In this document: piece after piece, positions 36,801-48,700 of the stretch
Numbering within the stretch: position 1 is the first letter of the stretch
Layout: every line of letters starts with the position of its first letter
Notes under the pieces: model-generated
What the model was told of the DNA's origin: nothing
Database searches by the model: none
Seen by the model: only the letters and a program-made list of their open reading frames with translations
Origin: Raillietiella orientalis
Lineage: Eukaryota
Assembly (NCBI GenBank): GCA_036172245.1
Contig: JAYWIR010000008.1
Span: 1,054,001-1,118,000, forward strand
Length of the DNA stretch: 64,000 nt
Direction: 5' to 3'
Made by a program: the position numbers and the translations under genes

Positions 36801-39311
36801 TAAGAAACGGCACGCGGGGCCCCCGAGAGCCGCCCGCGCAAAAAAGCTGAGCGGTAAACAGCGGGGGGCGAATCTGCGCGGGCGCCACCTCTCGGAAGGA
36901 ATGCAGGAAGCGGGAAGCGAGCGAGAGGCGTCTTCCTGGGAGGCTGCAGCCAGCCAACTGCCCCCAGATGCATCATTGCAGAGACGGGAGGAATCTCCGG
37001 GAAGCTCATGCATGAAACTCCCGCGACCCCACGGTTCCTCCAGATGCGCGCCATAAGAGGACTTAGGCATGCGGAGATCCGAATGCATTAAGTATTGATT
37101 GTTGCCATCGTAACGGAAGTCGCGCGTCGATCAATGCCCGACGCGCCTTTCGCCGGCCTTCTCCGAAGCGCTGCTCCGAGCCGAATGTTTGCAAGCGGTC
37201 AACATCGGTGAATGATGCTTTAAGGAAGAGCTGCTGGAAAACGAAGATGTCAGTTGTTGCATCCCGCAAATGGATATCAATCTCGTGAGGAACGGAACCC
37301 TTGCCTATCGGAGCGTAGGAGCAGCGATTTCATCTCGACGAGGGGAAGGAAAGAAAGAAGAAGAGGGGGGGGGGAAGGGGAGGGGGGGAGCAATCTCAGC
37401 GAGTCGTGAAGAAGTCAGCAGTGAAAGCAGCAATGCCGCAGCAGTTCCTGAGCGCGTCGTTTTGCGCCCTCCCCCCCCTTCCCCCCCCACTCCATGCGCA
37501 GGCGAGCCCAGCAGCGGGACGTTTGAGAGCTTCGAGCAGTCGATTCAGATTAGTCGAACTTTTTTTTTTTTTTTTTCTTCCCCCTTGATTTTCCCCCGCC
37601 TCCCGTGGGTAGAATTCAAAGCACATCACTTCACCACACCATACCGCACGCCGCAAGCAAAAAGACAGGAGGGAAGGGCGAGAAGCTCCGGCTGCATCGC
37701 CGGCCGGTCGTTGACGGTGACGTCACGGGTGCTTGGCAGAAGACACGTCGCCGCCGTGCACGCAGACAGGAGAAGATGGGGAGAAGACGATACTAGCCGC
37801 GAGAAGGCAACCTCGAGATCGAGGGCAGCGGAGGCGCCGGTGAGCCTTCCCTGAACCCTCCCTTACACCCCGCTCCCCCTATCCCAGTGGGGGCCCGAGC
37901 ACCGCCGCCTCCTCGTTTTCGCTTCCCTCGCAGGCTCACCACTCCTGGAAAACAGCCGCGGTGCCCCTCCTACTTTGGATCTTCCTTCCTCTTTGATCTT
38001 CCTTCGCTCGGCTTGCTTGACCGACTCCCGATTCCCCGGGCGCCCCTCCCCGTCACACCCCGTCTGTGCAGTGGCAGGCGCTTTCGGGAAACAATCTGGA
38101 AACGGATCTTGAGATGTGGCAGAAAAGATCCCGTCCTGGTCCGCGCTTCTCCTTCCCCCTCTAAGGCGCGCGCATCCCCTGAGCACGTGCCGCTTCTCGC
38201 TGGGCTTCCTCGATCGAGTGTCAGCGGAGGTGAAACAGGGACAGCCGGAGGCGAGAGAGGGAAGCCAGGCAAGGGGACTGCCTCCACCGCCTGATCGTGG
38301 CGCAGGTGGCGACGGCTCGGAGGCAGCTGGACGAGGCCTTCTTCTGCTAGCTCTCATGCCCGCTCCCACTCAAAGCTTCCTGTCTTCCTCTTCTTCACTC
38401 CGGGAAGTCCCTCCGAGGGCGGAAACGTTGTATGTGTGGGATAGGGGGGGGGGGATATGGACGGACGTAGGCGGCGAGCTGACTGCGCGGGCCCAGCACG
38501 GCCTCGCTCGCCGGAGGGTACGGGACTGCAGCGTAAGGGAAACCTCTTGCTCGGTAGCAACATCAGCCGCGGGACGAGCCCTTGAGGGGAGAGTGACGTC
38601 ACGATCCGGCAGCCCGCGAACCTGCGCTGACTCTGGCCGCGAGTGATCGAGCTGCAGGAGAGAAGGGGGGGAGCGCCGCTGCTGCTGCCGCCGCTGAGCG
38701 GATTGCGAGGGAACGCAAGGAGGCACGCACTCACAGGGACCGTCCGCGCCCTGGCCCGGACTTACCGGTGGCGAATAGCGGCAGCGCGGAAAGTCCGTTC
38801 ATCACGCCGCCATTGGCCTCAGAAACGCTCACGAGAACCACCTTGAGTCCGCGGGTGTCATGCGCCATCTTCCCTCGCGGGCGGGCACAGTGAGCCGTGC
38901 TGGACTTCCGGGACCAGCATGCGCGCGCGCCCCGGTTCGCGCGCCCAGGGTTCAGGAACCGCCCTCCTTCCCTTTCCTTCGTTCGCTCTCCCTTTTCTCG
39001 TCCCCACGCGCCGTTCTCGGTGCTTCCCGGTCACGCGTCGAGCGGGCACCCGCGTCCCCCTCGGCGCCCGCAACGCGCCTCTCGCGAGCGTCTGGACGGC
39101 CACTCTCGGCGAAAAATCCAAAGCGTCACAGCGGCTGCTGGCTCCCCCCACCTCTTGGAGGAGCCCCAGGGACCCCTTCGCACTTCGTCGCTCCCCTCCT
39201 TTCCCTTCGTCGAGATCTTCCGAGGCCAGTAGTGCCCGGGAGGCTTTCCCGTGATTTGTCACCAAGTTGACTCCCCTCCCGGTAGTATTTCCTACTCCCA
39301 CTTCTTCGTGT

Positions 39312-39415
39312 CCATCACCACCACTACCATCAACATGATCATCGTCGCCCTCGTCGTCATCACCACCATTATTATTGCCACCGCTATCATCATCACTATC
39401 ATCTTCATCATCGTC
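39312..39415. repeat. Degenerate (ATC/ACC/GTC)n trinucleotide repeat
   Basis: catcaccaccactaccatcaacatgatcatcgtc...atcatcactatcatcttcatcatcgtc, read directly from the sequence. Confidence 0.85.
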
Positions 39416-42400
39416 TCCTCTCCCTTCACCGGAATGCTCCTCCCCCTCGAGTTGTTTTCTTCTCTTTCATTTCGCTGCCACGCGCTTCGCCCGCGTCCAG
39501 AGCCCGTCGCTCACCACCGGATGTCCCGTAGAGGCAGTCTGCACCTCGCTGCGGGCATCACCGCTGATCTGCCTCGTAGCCGAACCCCCGCCTGCACTCG
39601 GGGGCGGCAGGAAGAAGCGCGGGTGCAAACACCGCCCGGTGCACCTCGCCATCCCACAGCACAAGTATATTGGTACTGCGATGCTGCACCGTACTGCAAG
39701 TGCACGGTGATGCTGCTGCACCGTGCCCCACGCCCTGTAGGCCGGCCTCCTTCCCACATTGTTGGGCTGATGGTCCTCCCTGCCTTGAAGGCCCGCCGCT
39801 CCTTCAGGCACCTTTCGCGCGCCGGTTCCGCCGTCAGCCGGTGCGCCACCCCACCTGCGTCCTCCGTGACGTCCGCCTCCCCCTTCCCCCTCCTCCCGCC
39901 GTTCGCTCAACTCCAGCGCTTCCGCGCGCGCCCCTTCCCAGAGGAACGTGCAGTGTCGTCCGAGAGGACTGAGACCCCGGCCGCACTCGGCGCGTGGGAG
40001 CTCTCGCCCTGCGCTGGCGCCGCACCTTCCTTGCTCGGACGGGAACCTCGTGTCAAGAAGACTCAGAGGAGGAGGTGCATGGGCGGGCTGCCCCAGTGGA
40101 CAGAGGGCCGACTCTGCGGACCACGGCAGCAGTGGGTCCGTGGGCGGAGGAGGAGGGCGAAGGGCAGCTTCTGGAAAGGAGGAAGGAGGTGGGAAGATTC
40201 GATTCCGGGACCGCTGTCTGGGTTTGCCAGGGGAACGGCTGATGCTGGAACCGCCTTCATCCGCGAGGGCGGGCTCCTCCTCGCTGCCGCGGGGGGTGGT
40301 TGACCGCTGCACCAGCCATCCGCTTCCTCTTCCGCCCACTGCAGCAGCGTGCAGGCCTTGCCGACCCGCGGGCAACGGCCCGGCCCACGGCGCGCCGGGT
40401 GCTCGAATCGCCCTCTGCCGTCGCCCTGGCGGTGACCTCGACTTTCCGGTGGCCGTCGTGGCTCTCAGAAGCAGCAGATCTCCCGTTCTACGAGCTCGGA
40501 AGAGGCAGTCGCTCTTCCCGTATGAAGATGAGCGCCAAGGAGAGTCTTCTGAAGGCGTCCGGGCCTCTCTGGAAAGGGACACGACTGGCCGGGAGGGCTA
40601 CCCCGACTGCGCGCGCGCTGATCTTCCGTGGCCTCTGCTGGAAGCTTCGCACCTCCCTTTACCTCCTGCCCTTCTCTTTCGGCCGCCACTGCCCGGACCG
40701 TACTGACCCTGCCGTACGCACGGACCCTCCCTTCCTCCCCTCCTCCCCGTCTTCGGTTCCCGGCGCCTGCAGGGATCCGACCGGGAGGGAGCGACCTCGG
40801 AGGTGCTGCGAATGCCCTCCTCCCGCTTCTCCCCTCCCCATCGCAGTCCGGGAGGAGGTCTCCTTTTCCGCCACACCGTCAGCGGCGGGAACTCCCGCCT
40901 TTCCCTTTCGGTGACTCTCCGCGCATTTGGCCACGCGCCAGGCGAGCGCTGGCGCGACCGAAGCGTCCGTGCCAACGCCTCGCTCGGGCGCTGCAGCTCC
41001 GCCGGCTTGAGGGAAGGGGGAGGGGAGCGGGAGAGGCCGAGCCCTTCGGATCCCTCCCCTTGATCTCTCCCACCGAAAGGCAGGCTTGCCAGCATCTCGG
41101 AGGAACTGTCTCCGCTCGTCCCTCCCTCTGGCGGCGGTCCCCATGGGGACGGTTCCCAAGAGGACCGCGCGCGGTGGCTCCGCCGCGCGGCAGTTACGAG
41201 GAGTCGGTCGCCGGCGGACGGCTGGTGTAGGCAGGCGCTCGCGGCGATGGAAAAGGAAGAGAGAATGGGGAAGGCTTTCTGGAATCGAACGAAGGGAGGC
41301 TTCAAAAAGAGTAGGGGAAAAAGCGAGGAGGGTGAGGTGTCCCGGGGTCAGCCGGGCCGCTCCTTTCTGCAGTGCCATCCTTCTGCGGGGGAGACCACGC
41401 ACCTGGACGAAAGCAGCGGAGAGGAGGGGGAGGAAGGAAAAGAAAGAAAGAAAGGGGTGCGGGAACGCAGCTGAACGCCGGAGTGCGCGGGGAGTGGGGT
41501 GGAGTGGGGGTGGGGTTGTCGTCCAAAACGGCCGCTGAGGAGGCTCGCGGAAGGAGCCGCTGAGCCACTGGTCGCGGTCGCGGCAGTCCCGCACGCAGGC
41601 GCCGATTCCATTCCTCAATGAAAGAGGAGCTCATCTGTGGCTCGTGGAGAAACGGCAGATGCCCCGAGCCTTCTTGCGTGGTTTCCGGACGCCCTCCAGC
41701 GTCCTCGGTCCAGAGCTCGAGGAGAGAAGGCGGAATGAAGGCATCTTCCCCCTCCCGCAGGGTGGGGCGAGCGGGGAAGTGGGCGAGAAGCACCGATCAC
41801 CGTGCGAGGGCATCATGCGACTTCCTTGGGGTATCTCTCTCCCTGCTTCTCCCGTCCTTCCTCGCCCTGCGCGGCGCGAATGCGCTTCGCCTCCACCTTC
41901 TTGTGGTCTATCGCGCCGAGATGCGGTGGGCTTCAGGGGACTCCACCGGTCTAGCGAAGCTTCCCCTTCTCCTTCCCGACGGTGCCCCGAGGACCCTGCG
42001 GGTTTCAGGAACCTATTGCCTTCTCTAATAGGAAATCGTAGTGGAGACCGTCGCTGCTCCTGTAGCCGCGACAGGGGGGTGGGGAACCCATTTCTCCGGG
42101 GGTACCGGAGGGCCGCTCCCTACGCTTCTGGTAAAAGACGGGTCGAAGCGTCTGCGGTCGCTTTCCTGACTGCTTGCCACGAAGGTGCGCCTAGTCCCTT
42201 CGTGGATCGCGCGCCCGTCCTTGGCAACGACCAAGTCCCTCCTCTGCTCAGGAAACCGCCATCTTTCTTCCCACGACTTGGAGCTGCGTAGGGGCGAACC
42301 CCGTGCAGGGCGATTTGGCCGGATGCGTAGATGCAGATGCTCTGTACGAGAGCACAGGGAGTACCTTGTATCTCAGGCGAGGCTCCTCAAACGGGCAGGC

Positions 42401-42665
42401 ACGACGTAAGGAGCAGATGGAGGCAGACAGCACCTCCTTGATCTGTAAAGCGCCAGGAGCAGAGCATGTGAGAACCCGAATGCCCACACTACCGGAGGAA
42501 GCCTCCCACATCGACAGTCTGGAAGATTCGGTGACGAAAATGGATCAGTGCGTTCTGAGAAAACAAACAAACGAGCGAGCGAAGGAACAAAGCGAAACAA
42601 ACGGGAGGGGAGACAAGGAGAGTGGAAAAGTGTGAGCGGTGTGTATATACATATATACACATACA

Positions 42666-42771
42666 TATTGCCTCTTCCTATGGAATGCATCCCTCCACTT
42701 ACAATCATATATACATGTGTGTGTTTATATGATTGTATGTAGAGGGATGCATTCCATCGGAAGAGGCGATA
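42666..42771. repeat. 106-nt imperfect palindrome (fold-back hairpin)
   Basis: TATTGCCTCTTCCTATGGAATGCATCCCTCCACTTACAATCATATATACAT pairs with GTGTTTATATGATTGTATGTAGAGGGATGCATTCCATCGGAAGAGGCGATA with a few mismatches and wobbles around a loop of about 4 nt. Confidence 0.9.
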
Positions 42772-45700
42772 CAGACTAACGCTCATATATATACAGCAAT
42801 CTGAACTGAAATATGTCCCTCCACAGACAATCATATATGTACATCTGCTTGACCTTCACAAAAATTCGTTCCAGCTTGCTGTATTCCATCGGAGGAGGCA
42901 ATGCAGTCTGGTGCTCGTGGGAATGTATGAACTGTTATTTCCGATGCGATAACCAGGATAAGGAAGGGATATGCGCTTTTGATGCTCATCGCTTCCCGGC
43001 ATGCATCTTGTATTCCAGAGAAGTCAAAAAATCAGAATCTCCGGTTTTGCATCTTTATCAAGACAGCTATCCGGACCGCTCGGCAATCCCTCACTGCGTC
43101 GCAAATAACAAAAAATTAGCAGTCTTACAGTTCTTGTTGTTTTGATGCTGCCTGCACCGAAAAACAATCAAATCGCCTTCATTTTGGATTAATCCCGCTG
43201 TCCTGTTCTTCCGAGGCCAAATAAATGTCTTCTGCCTTTCTCGTTTTTTTTGGTTGGGAGAACTCGATCCGAGGATCAATGCTTTTCCATATTTTCGTGT
43301 GTATTATCCAGATATCAGCACTGTTTGCTAAAGCGGTGCATCGCCAATCCAGATATGATGTATGATTTCCCGGAGTCTGCATTTGGTTTCACCTTAACTC
43401 ACTTTAAAGTGAAATGAATCATTTAAATGGCCATTTGTTTGAGCTCATGCGAAACCACTGATAACTAAATGTTGGAGCTTTCATTCATGAGGGGGGAAGA
43501 TAAAACAGTTAATCTGCATGCATGATGCATGAAATTCGTTTCCGCAAATTATTGCGTCATATATTGTTACGCATGCCATTGTTGCTGGATTGCTAGGCTT
43601 CCTTACCATTGTTAGCGGGTACCTAGCAACGAGCCCTCAAACAATCTGTAATTGGACTTTTTTGTGCGCCTGTTTTATGCTATTACCTTTGTTATTGGGC
43701 TAATCTTAACCTCAAATAGCTCGCCGGCTCGGCTTCGTCTCTTGAGGAAGTCTGCTATCGCTCCTGAAAGGAGGGACCAGCAAATTTGAGCCCAGTTTTT
43801 GATTAGCCCGTATCCATGTTTCTTAGATGAATTTTTTTTTTTTCCCCTCCCCCCCCCCGAAATTCGGGATCAGGTGGGGAGTGGACGATGATGAAAATTT
43901 AATGAACCCACAGCAGACAAAATTCATCTGCGAATGTGGAAACATGCCTCACAATATCAATTCAACTTTAATCAAGTACATCTGACAAGAGGAAAACTTG
44001 TGACTGAATTATCGAATAGTTCAAGGGAATGCTCTTGTGGATGTTTTCCCAAACAAGGCAAACAAGTTCGAAAATCAGACTGAATCAATTTATGCAAGCA
44101 ACTGTTCAAACAACCATTCTGGGAAGGTGTGTTGGAAAGAAAGAAAGAAAGAGAGAGAGAAAAAAAAAGAGAAGGAACATGCAGAATGAGGAAGAAGTAA
44201 ATAAAAATAAAACGCAATCCAGTGAATTACGCAAAAGAAGTCCTCCCCTAGAGCTCTCTGACACGAGTAACGCAGTAGCTCTTTTGCTTCCAAATAGAAA
44301 TGATGGCATCCAATATCCGTTTTTATGTTTCACCTACTGGTGGTTCGTCTCCGTGGACGGTAAACAAACAAAAAATCACATTGAAAACGGAGGTGAATGT
44401 TCCGATCTCGGAACTTGGAGCAGAAAAAGATGGAAGCCAAGTTTTCTGCAGCGTTGAAAAGTGCATGGAAGGTTTTTAGGAACGGCAGGGTAGACGCCTT
44501 TGCACAACGATGTGCAAAACGGAGCTTTTGTGAGGTGAACGCCTTCAATTCCTCCTTGCGCCGTTTCGTCAAAACGCAAAAAACGCGTCTTCCTTGCATG
44601 CTCTGCGGTCTCGTACAACCGTCGGAACAGGGAAACCAGGAGGCATTCGGGAAGCGTTCGGCGTTTCCACAACGACCGTCAGTCGTTTCCGCAACGGCTT
44701 CCCGATACTTTGGCGAAACGTGGAAGTCCAGCTCAGCGAGCTTATGAGGAGCAACCCTGCGGCCGGATGCGTTCGAGATCTTTCGATCCCGGACCGGTCA
44801 CCGCCTCCCAGGAGTCCAGATGCCTCCGAGAGGTCGGCTGGGCAGGGCGGGCGAGGAGCTCGTCTCCACCTGTCGGCTGGTCATCCCCGCTCGCTGCACG
44901 GAGCCGTCGGGAGCCAAGAGGAAGATGCTTTTCCCAGGCTTCCAGATCTCAGACTAAAGAGGAAAGTTGACTTACGGGGAAGTTCGACTCTGACCAGCGT
45001 TCGCTGTCGGACCTCCCGGGGTGTAGGTAGAACGGGACAAACCCTTCTTTAGCGAGGATTGATGGACGAGAAAAGTTACCACAGATGTTGGGGAAGCACC
45101 GCACTCCCGGAGAGCTCCCCAGTGATCACTGGTGCACATTAATCAGGCCGAGGTGTCAGTAGCCAAGGAAGAGAAGGAGTTTCCAGCGCTCCTTTTCTTC
45201 GCTACGCTTCGGAACGGAGAGGTCCACTCGCACACGTGTCGGGCTGAAGGAGTGCCTCTTGAACTTGGGGAGCCGCTAGCCGAGCTCAGTCTCCTCGCAC
45301 CCCTAGAACTTCAATCGGTGCTCAGTTTAAATTGAGGATCTCTCCCTGTGCTCCTCCTCTTCCCCTCATTTCCTGCACCCCTCGAACGAGAGATCGGAGG
45401 CAACGCATTTCCCCTGGTGTGCTGTCCCCTCTCCCCTCCCGTCCTTTCCTCTTTCACTCAAGTGCCTGCTTGCCTTTCCTACGGAGTCCCTCTCTCCCTC
45501 CTGTAAGACATGCGGCGCCGCGGACGCGTCGGGAGGGTTCGACGGACGCCTCCCTGGAAGAGAGCAACGAGGGGAAGAGGGAGAACTTCCGAGGATCCAG
45601 GAAGGAAGATCCGGCATCTTCCAGGAATCGGCTGAGGAGGGAACTGCGCTCCCAGCGGAAGTAATGCCGCCGAATCGGATGCTGGGCACATCACGAGGAT

Positions 45701-48700
45701 CCCGATAGCAATTTTAGAGAATGAAAGAGGGAAGAGACGAAAGGGGGGAAGACGGGGGTGGGTTTGTCTTGGAGGCTGCAAGCCGCTCCCTGGGGACTCC
45801 CCCCCTCTCTCTGTCGCGCGCGAGAGCCCGCGTTCGGAGTCCCCAGCGCAAACGGCGGTCGACTGAGACGCTTTGACGCGGTCAGTGCGTTCGGCGCGTT
45901 CGCTCGCAGCGGCGATACTCCCAAATGATATTGCGCGTTCCTCCCCCTCCCTCCCTCCTCCCCGCCTGCCTGCATCAGCTGACGGATGCGCCAGCGTGTC
46001 AGAGAAGGTGGAAGAATAGGAGGAGGTGAAGGTGCGTCACCTCGCTCGGCAACAGGCGGGGATTCGCGCGGGGCGGCTGCTTTCCTGCTGTCTCCTTGCC
46101 CGTCCCGGAGAGCTCGCCAGTCGCCTATTTGCCTTATTCCACCTGGAGGATGCCATTCGCTGCCCAGGGGAGGGGGAGGGGGAGCGAGACGGCAGCGCCC
46201 GCTACCCGTCTGTGGCGCCTCCGTCTCCCAGAGTGCGCCGTCGTCCTCTTCCCCGCCCCCTCCGGCGGAGGGGTCCGATGCTCTCCGCGACTCTTCTTTC
46301 CGTATCTTCCCAGCAGCCGCGAGGGCAATTTCGCTTCCGCCACCGTGAGAAGGGCTGGGAAGGGGAGGCGGAAGCTGAGTGCGCCGAAGGAGTCCGAACG
46401 AAAACGAATCGATCCATCATCTCCAGCTGGGCCGGATGGGAGGATGCCGAGCATGAATGCAGGCCGAGCAAAGATCTCGGACGATGGGCTCCCGGAAATT
46501 GATTGTTGCGCGGGTTTCCTCGAGCGCGGAGGGAATTTCGCCACGGGAACGGATGGATTCCGTCGGGACTCGCGGGTCCCCTTCGTTCCTCTCCGCTCGC
46601 CGTCTGGGAGGAACCAGGTTGGCAGGCAGCGGGTCGCCAGGCGGGGTGCCAAAACGGATGGTCGAGGGGGAAGGGAAAACCTGGACGAGGAGAGAGCGAA
46701 GGCGCGCCGGGAGGAGACAAAATCGCCGCCGTCGCCTCCGCCAGCGCCTGGCTTCATGATCGCATCGGCGGCGATCGTCGAACCTCTCCAGGGAACGGAG
46801 GAGGTGGAGGGATGGGAATGGGGAAAGGGGGGACACGCCACCCGCCCTCCCTCTCCCTCCCTCCCAGGTATGGCATGGATGCATCGTCGCGACGATACCT
46901 TCCCTCAGGAGGGCAGAAGCGTCGCGGATGATGGAAGAGACTTGAAGGCCGCGCGCTTGGGTCGAGTGCCAGCCAGGATCTCCAGGAAAGATGGGGAGGA
47001 AGGGGGGGGACGTGCCAGACGATGAGGGGACGTCGACTTCTGGGCAGGGCACCAGCAGCGCGGCGCGCACACGCGAAGCGACGTGACCCCTTGCGTGCAT
47101 GCGCTTTTCAACGAGAGAGGGTGCGTACGTTCCGCCATCGGACGCGCGCGCGGCACCTCCGTCGTCGCGGCAACGGGAGGGGTCCGGCGCGACTCGCTTG
47201 CTCTGGGAGCGCTGCGGGACGCGCGCGCCACGTGAATCCTTTCGAGATGCGTCGCTTTCGCCTTCTCTGCTCGGTCGGCATCCCGGGTTCGCGTCTCCCC
47301 TGCGTGCGCTTCTTGCGGGGAGACCGGGTCCTCCTGACACGGTAATGAGATCCATACGTCAGCAGGGGGGAAGGAGGACGATTCACCGTTAAAGTTCACG
47401 AGCCTGCATCCCGGGAGGAGCGGGCGCCGCAGAAGAGCAATTATGCATGCGTTACGATTTGCGCGCGCTCTCGTAAAATCGGGGTCGACTTCATTTATGG
47501 ATTACCGGGGAGCAAACGAGCGTCCCCCGAAATAATTTACCGGGGACCGCCGCGAGCGCCGCCTTAGGCAGCGGCGGGTGCATGCACTTCCACTTTCCCT
47601 GGGGTGTTGGCGCGCGTGCAGGGCAGCTTCGTGTTCTGGCGAGCGGCTGCGAAGTCGCAGCATACGTTTCTCCCCTCCCCTCCCCCCCTCCTTTTAGCTA
47701 CGAGGGACCCCTCCACACGTTTGTGTGGAGGGTCAGCTGGCCGCCGCCACACACCCTGCATCAGGAAAAGGAGGGGAGGGTTCCCTCCCGCATGCGTCCA
47801 CACGAAAGGGCACGCACTCTTCGGGACGCTGGCCGAGTTCTTCGCCTCCGGGAGGGATTCCGAGGAAAGGGTTTCCAAGAGGGGACCGAAGGGGATGCTG
47901 CTGAGGGGTGTGGAGGGGCCTCTCTTCCTGTCCTCGTCCTCTTCCAGCCTCCCGGCGGCGCATCTCCCCAGCCGGCAAATCGGATCCGCCTGGATGAGGG
48001 GAGCCGCGCGCGGTCGGGTCGGCAGCGGAGCGAACGAGCGCGGGGCTGCAAAGCGGCAGTTTCCGCGCCACTTCGTGGGCACTTCCTCACGAGCGAGGAA
48101 GCCGGACGCCTCCTGGAGAGGGTTCGATCCCGAAAGGGGGGATGGGTGTCCGGGGGGAGAGCAGGCGCGCCTCCACGGAGCTGCCGGTGGGGGGTCCACG
48201 AAGGATGAGAGCAGCCTCTCCTCCTCTGGAGCGCATTTTCGTGGGCATTCCCTCCCGAGAGAGGAGTACGACGCCTCCCGAGCGCGCCTCCGCTTCGCCG
48301 AGTCCGCGCGGCAGGGATGTTTCGGGCCTCGAGGAAGTCGTGTGCACGCTTCCGCAGTGACCGCTGGTGTTTCCTACAGGTTTCCTCGGTTCTTCCTCGT
48401 GCTATCAACGCGGATCTCGAGACCACACCCAGCTCGTTTCAGGAGATTCGAGGAGCAAACGCCCTCGGTCCGGAAAGGAACGGGGAAGGGGAGGGACGGC
48501 TACACCCAAGCGCAACGTCTCTGCGGAAGCGCCACCTGACTAGCCGGGCACCCCGTCACAACACGCCGCCACTAAAGACGCCCGACCAACCCGATGCGCC
48601 AAGTGACGCACGCAGAGAGCCGTATCCAGGGGGGAGGGACGTCTCTGCACCGAAGATCGACCTCGGAGATGCCACGCCGATCCTCTCGCGGGATTCTTGA

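Noticed and set aside
39251..40303. ORF with an apparent transmembrane Ile/Val/Thr-rich N-terminus
   Set aside because: The hydrophobic stretch is the translation of a degenerate ATC/ACC microsatellite, and the remainder is featureless.
42309..42635. Protein-like plus-strand ORF (GDLAGCVDADALYESTG...)
   Set aside because: No domain, weak splice context and no partner exons found.
48121..48131. Pol III B-box-like GGTTCGATCCC (tRNA or SINE?)
   Set aside because: No A-box or cloverleaf stems are visible around it.
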